A DNA stretch of 64,000 nt, from NCBI GenBank assembly GCA_963805625.1, contig CAWDVE010000010.1, forward strand, positions 1,280,001 through 1,344,000, in the 5' to 3' direction. This DNA comes from an uncultured Candidatus Rokubacteria bacterium (GTDB lineage: Bacteria > Methylomirabilota > Methylomirabilia > Rokubacteriales > DASRDR01). The notes under the pieces are model-generated. The model had not been told where the DNA came from and did not search any database. It saw only the letters and a list, made by a program, of their open reading frames with translations. This document shows, piece by piece, positions 1 to 8,705 of the stretch (position 1 is its first letter; every line of letters starts with the position of its first letter). The translations under genes were made by a program, and so were the position numbers.

Positions 1-1
1 C

Positions 2-61
2 GAGATCCAGCGCCTCATCCTCGCCCGCCAGCTCTTGCGAGAGGCCGACGACACGGGCTGA
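2..61 (+). CDS. 3' end of an acyl-CoA dehydrogenase (partial, runs off window start)
   Basis: Frame 2 reads EIQRLILARQLLREADDTG*, matching the ACAD C-terminal EIQRxxIAR motif. Confidence 0.7.
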   Translation, partial: EIQRLILARQLLREADDTG

Positions 62-64
62 CCG

Positions 65-577
65 TCAGCGACGCGCGGCTGCGACCGGGGGCAGAACGAA
101 GATCAGGTCCTCGACGCTCCCCTCCGGATGATGCCGGAGCAGCTCCTGCCGGACGATCCTCACCGCCGTTTCGCGAAGCTCGGGATACTCGACCTCGCCG
201 CGGACCTCCACCGTCGGCCCTGCCCGACCCGTCAGCGGGACGTGCGCCACCGTGGTGACCACGGTGGCTCTCAGGCGCGGCTCCCGCATGAGGGCGTCGG
301 CGATCTGGGCCTCGATCGCGATGGCCTGAGCCCGTCGCTTCCGGCGAAGATCCAGGACGGCCACCGCCAGGATGAGCCCACCGAGGAGCGCCACCGCCAG
401 GATGATCACGGCCGCCATCGGACTACCTCCGTCGGGCCCTGGCAACGTGGTTCCCCCGGGGCCCGGGGCAGGCAGTCCCTGGGCGAACGCACTGGGCCGA
501 GGCCACGCTCCCAAGAGCGTGAGATACGCGAGGGTGACCAGGGATCCGAGCCGTCGATTCATTGCAGACACCTCCAC
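65..577 (-). CDS. Hypothetical membrane protein with BON-like C-terminal domain
   Basis: Signal-like N-terminus, Pro/Gly linker, one TM helix, then IADAL..EPRL...VEVRGEV..ELRETAVRIV...VEDLIFV resembling a BON domain. Start may be the ATG of MNRRLG. Confidence 0.55.
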   Translation of the reverse strand: MEVSAMNRRLGSLVTLAYLTLLGAWPRPSAFAQGLPAPGPGGTTLPGPDGGSPMAAVIILAVALLGGLILAVAVLDLRRKRRAQAIAIEAQIADALMREPRLRATVVTTVAHVPLTGRAGPTVEVRGEVEYPELRETAVRIVRQELLRHHPEGSVEDLIFVLPPVAAARR

Positions 578-687
578 GGGGCCGACTGCAACCCGAGCAG
601 GCCGGCGCCCGCCGCTCCCGCTCCTTCAGCGCTCCCCGGGGGCGCGCACGTCGCCCGCAACCCGCGGAGCACGACAGGGCTCCCGTT

Positions 688-820
688 CTAGGACTTGACC
701 TCGAACTTCCGCGCAGTCTTCTGCAGGCCGGCCTCGACGTACGAGATCATCACCGTCGAACCGGGCTTGATGTTCGTCCACTCGACCTGGAGCCCAGGTG
801 GAATGGTGAGCGTCTCATGG
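688..820 (-). pseudogene. C-terminal fragment of a small exported OB-fold (DUF1344-like) protein
   Basis: TLTIPPGLQVEWTNIKPGSTVMISYVEAGLQKTARKFEVKS*. Coding-like character is lost upstream of ~820. Confidence 0.35.
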
Positions 821-1318
821 AACAACCTCTTCCAGCGACACCGAGTCGCCCTGTGCGCGCCCAATTGACGCGCAGGGGCCACGCCAGACGGACGCATACC
901 CCAATCAGATGGAAGAGCAACAGCAATGCCATCCATCAGAGATGCGGAAGAACTCCCTCTCCACACCCGAGGTGTCGCGTCTCATGACAGGATCGCGGTG
1001 CCCGCGCGCGATTCAGGGGTCCTCGCAAGCGACCACCCTCCGTCCCTACCGTAGGAATGCGCGTGCAAGAACTACAGCTCTGGAAGAAGCTACCAGTCCC
1101 GCTCGGGGCAGGAGACGCGGGATCCCGGCGTAGGACGCCAGCGGCCGAGTGCCGCTGTGGGCGCAGGGGAAGTCTCGGTGACGCCTCGAGGTCCTCGGCT
1201 TGGAGCACGGCGAGCCGATCCGCCTTGCGTCGTCCTGCCTCACGTGGAGGGAGCGAGCGGCGGCGAGGGTTGCGACACCACCGGATCCGGGGAGGTCACG
1301 GACGCTCCCTCCGGAGAG

Positions 1319-1921
1319 CTACGGGACCAGCGTCTCCTCCCGCCATCCGTCCGCCTGCCGGATGAAGCGGCGGCGGTCGTGGAGCCGGTCCGGGGATCCC
1401 CGCCATGCTTCGATCCGATCGGGAACGAGGTAGACCCCCCGGAGCAGGTCCGGCCGGGGCACTGCCTCGGCTGTGGGATAGCGCTTGCGCAATCCGTCGA
1501 TCCCCTCGAGGAACCGCTCGCGCGACGGGACGGCGCTCGACTGGGGCCCATACGTCGCGTAGTAGACGTCAAGCAGCCGGGATTCGTGGACCTTCTGATT
1601 CCAGTAGGTCTCGACGAGGGCGTCGGGCATGGGCGCGAGGGTCCCGCGCACGCGGTACTGCCGGCGGATCGTCAGCCACAGGAGAAGCAGCTCGTAACGC
1701 CCGGACGAGAGCGGCTCCCACTTCGGGCTCGAGCCGCTGATCAGGAGACCGATGCCTTGAGGCCCGACGTCACGAAGGACGATCGGGCGCACGCCCGGCG
1801 CCCCGTCGGCAGCCCCGCCGGTCGCCAGCACGCAGAGGTCGGTGAACGGATCGCCGGCCGCCCGGGCTCGGGCTCGGTCACCGACGACGAGCGAGATGGG
1901 ATCGCCCGGGGAGGCGGTCAC
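1319..1921 (-). CDS. Pyridoxamine 5'-phosphate oxidase family protein (PdxH-like)
   Basis: LAT...PGVRPIVLR, SSPKW, RRQYRVRG, and C-terminal PDRIEAWRGSPDRLHDRRRF...W...LVP. Confidence 0.8.
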   Translation of the reverse strand: MTASPGDPISLVVGDRARARAAGDPFTDLCVLATGGAADGAPGVRPIVLRDVGPQGIGLLISGSSPKWEPLSSGRYELLLLWLTIRRQYRVRGTLAPMPDALVETYWNQKVHESRLLDVYYATYGPQSSAVPSRERFLEGIDGLRKRYPTAEAVPRPDLLRGVYLVPDRIEAWRGSPDRLHDRRRFIRQADGWREETLVP

Positions 1922-1929
1922 GGATGGGC

Positions 1930-1938
1930 ATTGTACCA
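1930..1938 (-). promoter_or_regulatory. Extended -10 element (TGGTACAAT), probable leaderless promoter of the PdxH-like gene
   Basis: TGnTACAAT lies 8 nt upstream of GTG 1921, with no SD sequence. Confidence 0.5.
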
Positions 1939-2021
1939 GGAGCGTCGGTGCCGGACCGATCTTGGACGGACGAATGTGGCGGAGGATCGCGCGTTCTGGT
2001 AGGGTCTCGACTGAGAAGCAT

Positions 2022-3194
2022 GTGATCGAGCTCGGCGTGTCGGACGCGTCTCCGGACGTACCTCGAGGCTGGTTCCGCCGCGCCCGCCGGGTGTTCGGAG
2101 CGGCGCTGGCGCTGGCCGGCTGTGTCGGGTTCCTGCCTCAGCCCGCGCCGTCCGCCGACCTCTCGACGATCCGGCTCCCCTCCGGTTTCGCGATCGAGCT
2201 CTTCGCCCGAGACCTCGGGTACCCGCGCTTCATGGCGCTCGACCCTCGCGGCACGCTGCTGGTCTCGGTGCCGCGCGCGGGTCGCGTGATCGCGCTGCCC
2301 GACGACAACCGAGACGGCCGGGCTGACGCCGTCGCGCCGGTCGTGGAAGGCCTCGAGCTCCCGCACGGGCTCGCCTTCCTCGATGGCCAGCTCTACGTCG
2401 CCGAGACGGGGCGGGTCCTGCGTTTCGCCTACGACGCGGCCACACGCCGCGTCAGCGGGGGGCCGACGGTCGTCATCCCCGACCTCCCGGCCCGCGGCAG
2501 CCACTGGACCCGGACCATCGCCATCGGGCCCGATCGCCGGCTCTACGTGTCCGTGGGGTCCTCCTGCAACAGCTGCGAGGAGCGCGAGCGCCGCCGCGCG
2601 GCGATCTACCGCTACGACGCCGATGGCCGAGCGGCCGTGCCGTTCGCGACGGGACTGCGCAACGCGGTCGGGATCGCCTTCCGCCCAGGAGCCGCCGAGC
2701 TCTGGGCTACCGTCAACGGCCGCGACTGGCTCGGAGATGACCGTCCCTCCGAGTACATTACGCGGGTCGACGAGGGCGGCTTCTACGGTTGGCCGTACTG
2801 CCACTGGACGCCTGCGGGGCTCGCGTCTGACCCTGACCTCGGGGGGGGCGACCACTGCAAGGCGGCGCGCCGGCCAGGTCTCCTCTATCAGGCGCACACG
2901 GCTCCGCTCGGGCTCGCCTTCTACACGGGATCCCAGTTTCCCCCCGAGTATCGCGGCGATCTCTTCGTCGCGCTCCACGGCTCCTGGAACCGCTCGGTGC
3001 CCGCTGGCTACAAGGTCATCCGCGTGAGGCTCGGGGGAACCGAGCCGGTCGCCGAGGACTTCGCGACAGGCTGGCTCGTGGGCGGCCGCCACTGGGGCCG
3101 GCCGGTGGACCTCGCCGTGGCGCCCGACGGCGCGCTCTTCCTGTCCGACGACAACCTGGGCGCCGTATACCGGATCACCTACCGGGGCGGCTGA
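2022..3194 (+). CDS. PQQ-dependent sugar / L-sorbosone dehydrogenase family beta-propeller protein (exported)
   Basis: LPSGFAIELFA, PHGLAF, HWTRTI, VGSSCN, GLRNAVG, FYGWPY, HTAPLGLAFY, HGSWNRS, GRPVD. Start codon uncertain. Confidence 0.85.
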   Translation: MIELGVSDASPDVPRGWFRRARRVFGAALALAGCVGFLPQPAPSADLSTIRLPSGFAIELFARDLGYPRFMALDPRGTLLVSVPRAGRVIALPDDNRDGRADAVAPVVEGLELPHGLAFLDGQLYVAETGRVLRFAYDAATRRVSGGPTVVIPDLPARGSHWTRTIAIGPDRRLYVSVGSSCNSCEERERRRAAIYRYDADGRAAVPFATGLRNAVGIAFRPGAAELWATVNGRDWLGDDRPSEYITRVDEGGFYGWPYCHWTPAGLASDPDLGGGDHCKAARRPGLLYQAHTAPLGLAFYTGSQFPPEYRGDLFVALHGSWNRSVPAGYKVIRVRLGGTEPVAEDFATGWLVGGRHWGRPVDLAVAPDGALFLSDDNLGAVYRITYRGG

Positions 3195-3292
3195 CCACGC
3201 GTAAGCTCGACACGGTAAGGGCTACACGCTGTCCTTCCCGGGGAGCGGCGGGCGCGACACCGGCGCCCGGAGCGGCGCCGGCACGCATCCAT

Positions 3293-3322
3293 CGAGCGGT
3301 GGCGAGCGGTGGCGAGCGGTGG
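3293..3322. repeat. Tandem repeat (CGAGCGGTGG)x3
   Basis: Three exact 10-bp units upstream of the PBP gene. Confidence 0.8.
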
Positions 3323-3351
3323 GCGGCTGACGGGGAGGCGCGGCACGCCCG

Positions 3352-5736
3352 TTGCTCAGGGTCCTCACCGCCGTGTCGCCGGGGTTCCCCTCATTGCGTC
3401 TCCCTGACCGCCTGACCGCGCTGGCCGTCGCCGCCCGCCAGCGGCGCGGCCTCCTGGTGGCGGTCGCTCTCGTCGTCGTCCTGAGTCCTCCGATCGCCTT
3501 CGGGATCTGGACCTGGCGGACCGCGGCCGCCGTCGACCTCTCGCGACTCGAGGATGCCGCTCTCATCTACGCCGCCGGCCAGGTCCTCGCCCCCGGTGTC
3601 TCGATCGAGGCTGTCGACCTTCCCGGCGCGCTCCGCCGCCTGGGGTATCGCGAGACCCAGTCAGCTCCGGCGGCTCCCGGTCAGTTCCGTCGCGAGACGG
3701 CCCTGTGGGAAGTCCACCTCCGGCCGCGCGACGATCCCGGGTCGACCCGTCCGGCCCTGCCGGTCCGGCTCCTGGTGGACGGCGGCCGAATTCGCCAGCT
3801 GATCACGGTCGCGGGCGAGCCGCTGGAGGAGATCGAGCTCGAGCCGGAGACGCTCACCGGACTCGGCGGGACAGCCAACCAGCTCCGGCATCCCGTCGCG
3901 CTCACGGCCGTGCCGAAGCACCTCGTCCAGGCGGTGCTGGCCGCCGAGGATCACCGCTTCTTCGAGCATCCCGGGGTGGATCTCCGCGCCGTGGCGCGCG
4001 CCGTCTGGGTGAACTTCCGCCGTGGCGGGCTCGCCCAGGGGGGGAGCACGCTCACCCAGCAGCTCGTCAAGAACCTCGTGCTCACGCCCAAGCGGACCTG
4101 GGGGCGGAAGGTGCGCGAGGCGGCGCTCGCCCTCGCGCTCGAGCAGCGCTACTCCAAGGACGAGATCCTCTCGGCCTACCTGAACGGCATCTACCTCGGC
4201 CAGCACGGCGGCTTCGCCGTGTACGGCGTCGGCGCGGCGTCGCGCAGCTTCTTCGGCAAGGACATCGAGCGGCTCACGCTCGGCGAGGCCGCCACGCTCG
4301 CGGGGATCATCCGGGCCCCGAACACCTATTCGCCCGTCCAGCATCCCGAGCGCGCGCGCGAGCGGCGGAACGTGGTCCTCCGCCAGATGCGCGACCTGCG
4401 GATGCTCGACGACAAGCGGCTCGCCCAGGCGAGCCAGGAGCGCCTGGTCGTCCAGCGTGGGACCGTGATCAACGCCCTCGGGCCGTACTTCGCGGACTGG
4501 GTGCGGGGGCAGGTCGAGCAGGTTCAGCCGGCCGACGAATCGTCGACGGGCGGCCTCCGGATCTACACGACGCTCAATCCCGTCCTCCAGCGCGCCGCCG
4601 AGGGGGCGCTGGTACGGGGTCTCGACCGCCTGGAGGGCCAGTACCGCGCTCTCCGGCGGAGCGACCCGGGAACGCGGCTCCAGGGAGCGATCGTGGCGCT
4701 CGACGCCCGTACCGGCGAGATTCGCGCGATGGTCGGGGGGCGAGACTACGGGCAGAGCCAGTTCAACCGGGTCGTCCAGGCCCGGCGGCAGCCCGGCTCG
4801 GCCTTCAAGCCGTTCGTCTACCTGGCGGCGCTGGGCCACGGGCCGCGGGGCGAGCCGCCCAACTTCACGCCGGCGTCACTCCTCGAGGATCGGCCGCTCA
4901 CCATCGGCACCGGCCGCAACGCGTGGACCCCGCGCAACTACGAGAACCGGTACGAGGGCACGGTCACGGTGCGCCGTGCGCTCGAGCAGTCGCTGAACGC
5001 CGCGACGGTGTGGATGGCCGAGACCGTTGGCTACGATGCCGTCGTCCGCGCGGCGCGCGAGGCCGGGTTCACGAGCCCGATGGAGCCCGTCCCGGCCCTC
5101 GTCCTCGGAAGCTTCGAGGTGACGCCGATCGAGCTGGCGTCGGCGTTCGCGGCGCTCGCGAGCGGGGGAGAGCGGGTCCGCCCGACCGGACTCCGCGCCG
5201 TGGTGGACCGGGAGGGCGGGGTCAGCGAGCCGCGCACCGATCGGAAGCCGGGGCTAAGGCCGGACGAAGCGTTCCTGGTCACTCACCTGCTGCAGGGCGT
5301 GATCGACCGCGGCACCGGCGCCTCGGCGCGGTCGCTCGGTGTGGAGGGACCCGTCGCCGGGAAGACCGGCACGACGAACGAGGGTCGCGACACGTGGTTC
5401 GTCGGCTACACGCCGCGGCTCGTCGCGCTCGTGTGGGTGGGGTTCGACCAGCGGGACGTGCTCCGCCTCTCGGGCGCGCAGGCCGCGCTCCCGATCTGGG
5501 CCGACTTCATGCGCACCGCCCTCGGCGCGGTGCCGGCCTCCGCCCCCGAGCCGCCGCCCTCGATCACCTTCCGGGAGGTGGATGCGGCCAACGGCAAACT
5601 CGCCACCACCTGGTGCCCGGTCGTCATTCGCGAGGCGTTCCTCGCGTCGACCGAGCCGCGAGACACGTGCCCCGACCACGGCCCGGCCGCCGCGGTCCGC
5701 TCGTTCTTCCGCCGCCTCTTCGACTCGGTCCGGTAG
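3352..5736 (+). CDS. mrcB: Class A penicillin-binding protein, PBP1B-like (UB2H + transglycosylase + transpeptidase)
   Basis: AEDHRFFEH, GGSTLTQQLVKN, RKVRE, SxxK (GSAFKP), SxN (SLN), KTG (GKTGT). UB2H-like segment follows the TM helix. Confidence 0.85.
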   Translation: MLRVLTAVSPGFPSLRLPDRLTALAVAARQRRGLLVAVALVVVLSPPIAFGIWTWRTAAAVDLSRLEDAALIYAAGQVLAPGVSIEAVDLPGALRRLGYRETQSAPAAPGQFRRETALWEVHLRPRDDPGSTRPALPVRLLVDGGRIRQLITVAGEPLEEIELEPETLTGLGGTANQLRHPVALTAVPKHLVQAVLAAEDHRFFEHPGVDLRAVARAVWVNFRRGGLAQGGSTLTQQLVKNLVLTPKRTWGRKVREAALALALEQRYSKDEILSAYLNGIYLGQHGGFAVYGVGAASRSFFGKDIERLTLGEAATLAGIIRAPNTYSPVQHPERARERRNVVLRQMRDLRMLDDKRLAQASQERLVVQRGTVINALGPYFADWVRGQVEQVQPADESSTGGLRIYTTLNPVLQRAAEGALVRGLDRLEGQYRALRRSDPGTRLQGAIVALDARTGEIRAMVGGRDYGQSQFNRVVQARRQPGSAFKPFVYLAALGHGPRGEPPNFTPASLLEDRPLTIGTGRNAWTPRNYENRYEGTVTVRRALEQSLNAATVWMAETVGYDAVVRAAREAGFTSPMEPVPALVLGSFEVTPIELASAFAALASGGERVRPTGLRAVVDREGGVSEPRTDRKPGLRPDEAFLVTHLLQGVIDRGTGASARSLGVEGPVAGKTGTTNEGRDTWFVGYTPRLVALVWVGFDQRDVLRLSGAQAALPIWADFMRTALGAVPASAPEPPPSITFREVDAANGKLATTWCPVVIREAFLASTEPRDTCPDHGPAAAVRSFFRRLFDSVR

Positions 5737-5868
5737 CCCCCCGTCGTCCCTGGCCCGCCCCCCAGGATCCGGAATCGCCCAGCCTCAGGCTCGCTGTTCG
5801 CCACCTGACTCCGCGAGGCCGGCCGGATTGCCTCCACCGTACCTTCCCCGGTACGATACGGACACACC

Positions 5869-6621
5869 ATGCGACTCACCGGCAAGGTCGTTCTGATCAC
5901 CAACGTCGGTCAGTACATGGGTCCGGCGTGCGTCGAGGAATTCGCGAAGGAGGGTGCGATCCTCGCGCTCCACGAGCGGACGGAGGCCCGCGCTCAGTCC
6001 GCCTTCGAGCTGGCGCGTGCCCACGGCCGGGAGGCGACCGTGGTCACGGGCGACCTCACGGTCTCCGGCGAGGCCAACCGGGTGGTGCGCGCGGTGGCGG
6101 AGCGTCATGGGCGGCTCGACGTTCTGATCAACAACTCGAGCCATTCCACGGTCGGGGGGCCGGTCGACGAGGTCTCCGACGAGACCTGGCGGTCCATGGC
6201 AGCTCACCTCTACGACGAGCCCTTCTTCTGCCTTCGCGCGGCGATCCGCGTGATGAAGCGCCAGGGCCACGGCAAGGTCGTGAACATCACCTCGGCGGTG
6301 GCGATCCCGGGGCTGCCGAACTACACTGCGTACTCGGCCGCCCGGGCCGGGACGAACGGTCTCACGCGCGCGGTGGGCCGCGAGGTCGCGCGCCACAACA
6401 TCCAGGTCAACGCGATCGCGCAGAACTTCGTCGAGAACCCCACCTACTTCGGACCCGAGGTCACGGGACAGCCCGAGAGACTCGCCCGCGTCGTCCGCAA
6501 CGTCCCCGCCGGACGTCTCGCGCGGTCGGAGGAGTCTGCGAAGCTGTGCGTCTTCCTCTCGTGCGACGACTCCGACTTCTTCTGCGGCCAGGTGATTCCG
6601 TTCGCGGGCGGCTGGATCTGA
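5869..6621 (+). CDS. Halohydrin dehalogenase (SDR fold, HheB/HheD-like)
   Basis: T-X4-Y-X-G (TNVGQYMG) replaces TGxxxGxG, S-X12-Y-X3-R (SAVAIPGLPNYTAYSAAR) replaces YxxxK, and AQNFVENPTYF is present. Confidence 0.8.
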   Translation: MRLTGKVVLITNVGQYMGPACVEEFAKEGAILALHERTEARAQSAFELARAHGREATVVTGDLTVSGEANRVVRAVAERHGRLDVLINNSSHSTVGGPVDEVSDETWRSMAAHLYDEPFFCLRAAIRVMKRQGHGKVVNITSAVAIPGLPNYTAYSAARAGTNGLTRAVGREVARHNIQVNAIAQNFVENPTYFGPEVTGQPERLARVVRNVPAGRLARSEESAKLCVFLSCDDSDFFCGQVIPFAGGWI

Positions 6622-6643
6622 GCAGCCGACCGCATCGCAGGTC

Positions 6644-7786
6644 ATGACGGATCTCGCCGCCGCTGACCTCTACCAGCGCCTGGGCGGGACTGCGCCGCCC
6701 CGTGTTCTCGACGTCCGCAACGCCGAGGAGTTCGCGCGGTGGCGGGTGGAGGGCCCCCACCCGGTCGATGTGCTGAACGTCCCCTACTTCGAGTTCGTCG
6801 AGCGCGAGGAGGCGTCGGTCAAGAGGGTGACCGACTGGCTGGGCGCCCGTGGAGAGGACCTGGTGGTCGTCTGCGCCGAGGGCGGGTCGTCCGCCTACGT
6901 GGCCGAGATCCTCCAGGGCCGGGGACTTCCCGCCGCCAACCTGGCCGGGGGCATGGTCGCGTGGGGGCTCGGCACCGCGATCCGGCCCATCGCCGCGAGC
7001 GGACCGGCCCGTCTCTGGCAGGCGCTCCGCTTCGGACGGGGGTGCCTCTCGTACGTCGTGGCGCGGGGGGGTGACGCCGTCGTCGTCGACCCGCACCGGG
7101 GACTTGACGCCTACCGCGGGCTCCTCGAGCGCGAGGGGCTCCACCTCCGCGCGGTCTTCGATACTCACCTCCACGCGGACCACGTGTCCGGCGGGCCGGC
7201 GCTCGCCCGTGACGCCGGGGTGGGCTACCACGCGAGCCGGCGCGACTTCGAGGGCGGAACCGTCCCAGTCGAGGGGCTGGTCGACGGCCAGCCCGTGCGG
7301 ATCGGTCGACTCGAGGTCCTCCCCATCGTCCCCCTCGGCACTCCGGGCCACACCCCGGGCAGCACCTCGCTCCTCGTCGCGGACGCGCTCCTACTGACCG
7401 GGGACACCCTCTTCGTCGACGACGTCGGGCGGCCGGACCTCGGCGGCCAGGCGGCGGCGTGGGCGCGGGATCTCCACCGGACGCTCCACGAGCGGCTCCA
7501 GCCGCTCGGCGACGCGATCGTGGTACTCCCGGCCCACGCGAGCACCCTCGCGGCATCCGGGCCGCTCGGCGCCGTGGCCGGCACGCTCGGCGTCCTCCGG
7601 CAGCAGAACCGCGCCATGCGACTCGACCTGGACGCCTTCGTCCGCGAAGCCGAGCATGCCGCGGGCTCGGCCCCCGCCGAGTACGCGAGAATCCGGGCGA
7701 TCAACCTGGGCCGCGAGACGGCCACCGAGGCGGAGCTGACCGAGCTCGAGCTCGGCAAGAACCAGTGCGCGCTGTCGAGGAGGTGA
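6644..7786 (+). CDS. Rhodanese + MBL-fold persulfide dioxygenase-like fusion (YrkH-like)
   Basis: Rhodanese LDVRN...CAEGGSS. MBL THLHADH, PGHTPGS, TGDTLF, GRPDL. C-terminal ELGKNQCA. Confidence 0.85.
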   Translation: MTDLAAADLYQRLGGTAPPRVLDVRNAEEFARWRVEGPHPVDVLNVPYFEFVEREEASVKRVTDWLGARGEDLVVVCAEGGSSAYVAEILQGRGLPAANLAGGMVAWGLGTAIRPIAASGPARLWQALRFGRGCLSYVVARGGDAVVVDPHRGLDAYRGLLEREGLHLRAVFDTHLHADHVSGGPALARDAGVGYHASRRDFEGGTVPVEGLVDGQPVRIGRLEVLPIVPLGTPGHTPGSTSLLVADALLLTGDTLFVDDVGRPDLGGQAAAWARDLHRTLHERLQPLGDAIVVLPAHASTLAASGPLGAVAGTLGVLRQQNRAMRLDLDAFVREAEHAAGSAPAEYARIRAINLGRETATEAELTELELGKNQCALSRR

Positions 7787-7789
7787 CCC

Positions 7790-8038
7790 ATGGCGGACTA
7801 CCGGACGGTGGACGCGCGCGGACTCAAGTGTCCGATGCCGATCGTCAAGGCGAAGAAGGAGATCGACGCCATCCCGGTGGGCGAGGTGCTGCGCGTGATC
7901 GCGACCGACCCCGGCTCCGTGCTGGACTTCCAGGGGTGGATGAAGACCAGCACGAGCTACGAGCTCGTGAAGCAGGAGGAGAGCCAGGACGAGCAGGGCC
8001 GGAAGACATTCGTGCACCTGTTGAGGAGGAAGGCATGA
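7790..8038 (+). CDS. tusA: Sulfurtransferase TusA family protein
   Basis: DARGLKCPMP motif and ATDPGS..D, 82 aa. Confidence 0.85.
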   Translation: MADYRTVDARGLKCPMPIVKAKKEIDAIPVGEVLRVIATDPGSVLDFQGWMKTSTSYELVKQEESQDEQGRKTFVHLLRRKA

Positions 8039-8595
8039 CGACCGCGACGACGTCCGAGCTGGCGATCGACCCCGCGGTTCGCGCGTACGTAGACGAGCGC
8101 CTGGCCGAGTTGCGCGCGCGGCAGCCCGACGACCGGGTCACGCTGGTGGTGTTCTCCGGCGAGCTCGACCGGAACCTCGCCGCTCTCGTCATCGCGACGG
8201 GCGCCGCGGCAATGGGACTCGAGGTCTCGATCTTCTACACCTTCTGGGGGCTCTCCGCCCTCAAGAAACGGCCGACCCTCAAGGGCAAGGGTCTCAAGGA
8301 GAGGCTGTTCACCCTCATGACGCCGAGCCGGTTGAACCGGATGCCCGTCTCCAAGATGAACTTCGGTGGCGCCGGGCGCGTCATGCTCCAGTCGATGATG
8401 CGGGACAAGCAGGTCACCTCCATCGACGAGTTGTTCGACATGGCCCGTCAGCTGGGGGTCAAGCTGATTGCGTGCACGATGTCCATGGACGTGATGGGCA
8501 TCGCCCGAGAGGAGCTGATCGACAACGTGGAGGTCGGTGGCGTCGCAACCTTCCTGGGGGACGCGGCCCGCTCGCGCGTGTCGCTCTTCGTCTGA
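8035..8595 (+). CDS. DsrE/DsrF-like (DsrE2/YrkE-type) sulfur carrier protein
   Basis: ATGA overlap with tusA. FSGELD, IATGAAAMG, FYTFWGL, IACTMSMDVMG, GGVATFL. Confidence 0.85.
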   Translation: MTTATTSELAIDPAVRAYVDERLAELRARQPDDRVTLVVFSGELDRNLAALVIATGAAAMGLEVSIFYTFWGLSALKKRPTLKGKGLKERLFTLMTPSRLNRMPVSKMNFGGAGRVMLQSMMRDKQVTSIDELFDMARQLGVKLIACTMSMDVMGIAREELIDNVEVGGVATFLGDAARSRVSLFV

Positions 8596-8705
8596 GCGGT
8601 TCGTGACCCGGCCCGGAGCCGCCTGAGCGCCAGCCGTGGTCTTCCAGCCGGAGCTGTCCTTGGTCGTCGAGGGTCGCGAGGGTCGAACGCCGTTGCTCCT
8701 TCACC

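Noticed and set aside
3293-3322. Short tandem repeat considered as a CRISPR or phase-variation tract
   Set aside because: Only three contiguous 10-bp units, with no spacers and no cas genes
5869-6621. Annotation as a classical NAD(P)-dependent SDR
   Set aside because: Lacks TGxxxGxG and has YxxxR rather than YxxxK
3705-6647. 980-aa + strand ORF, and similar long Arg/Pro/Gly-rich ORFs (10133..13018, 33791..35959, 43147..44844, 47650..50265)
   Set aside because: These are alternate-frame or antisense shadows of well-supported genes, expected at this GC content, with no recognisable motifs
7459-8034. N-terminal extension of the DsrE ORF (378 aa in the ORF track)
   Set aside because: It overlaps the MBL and tusA genes. 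The SD and ATGA coupling place the start at 8035
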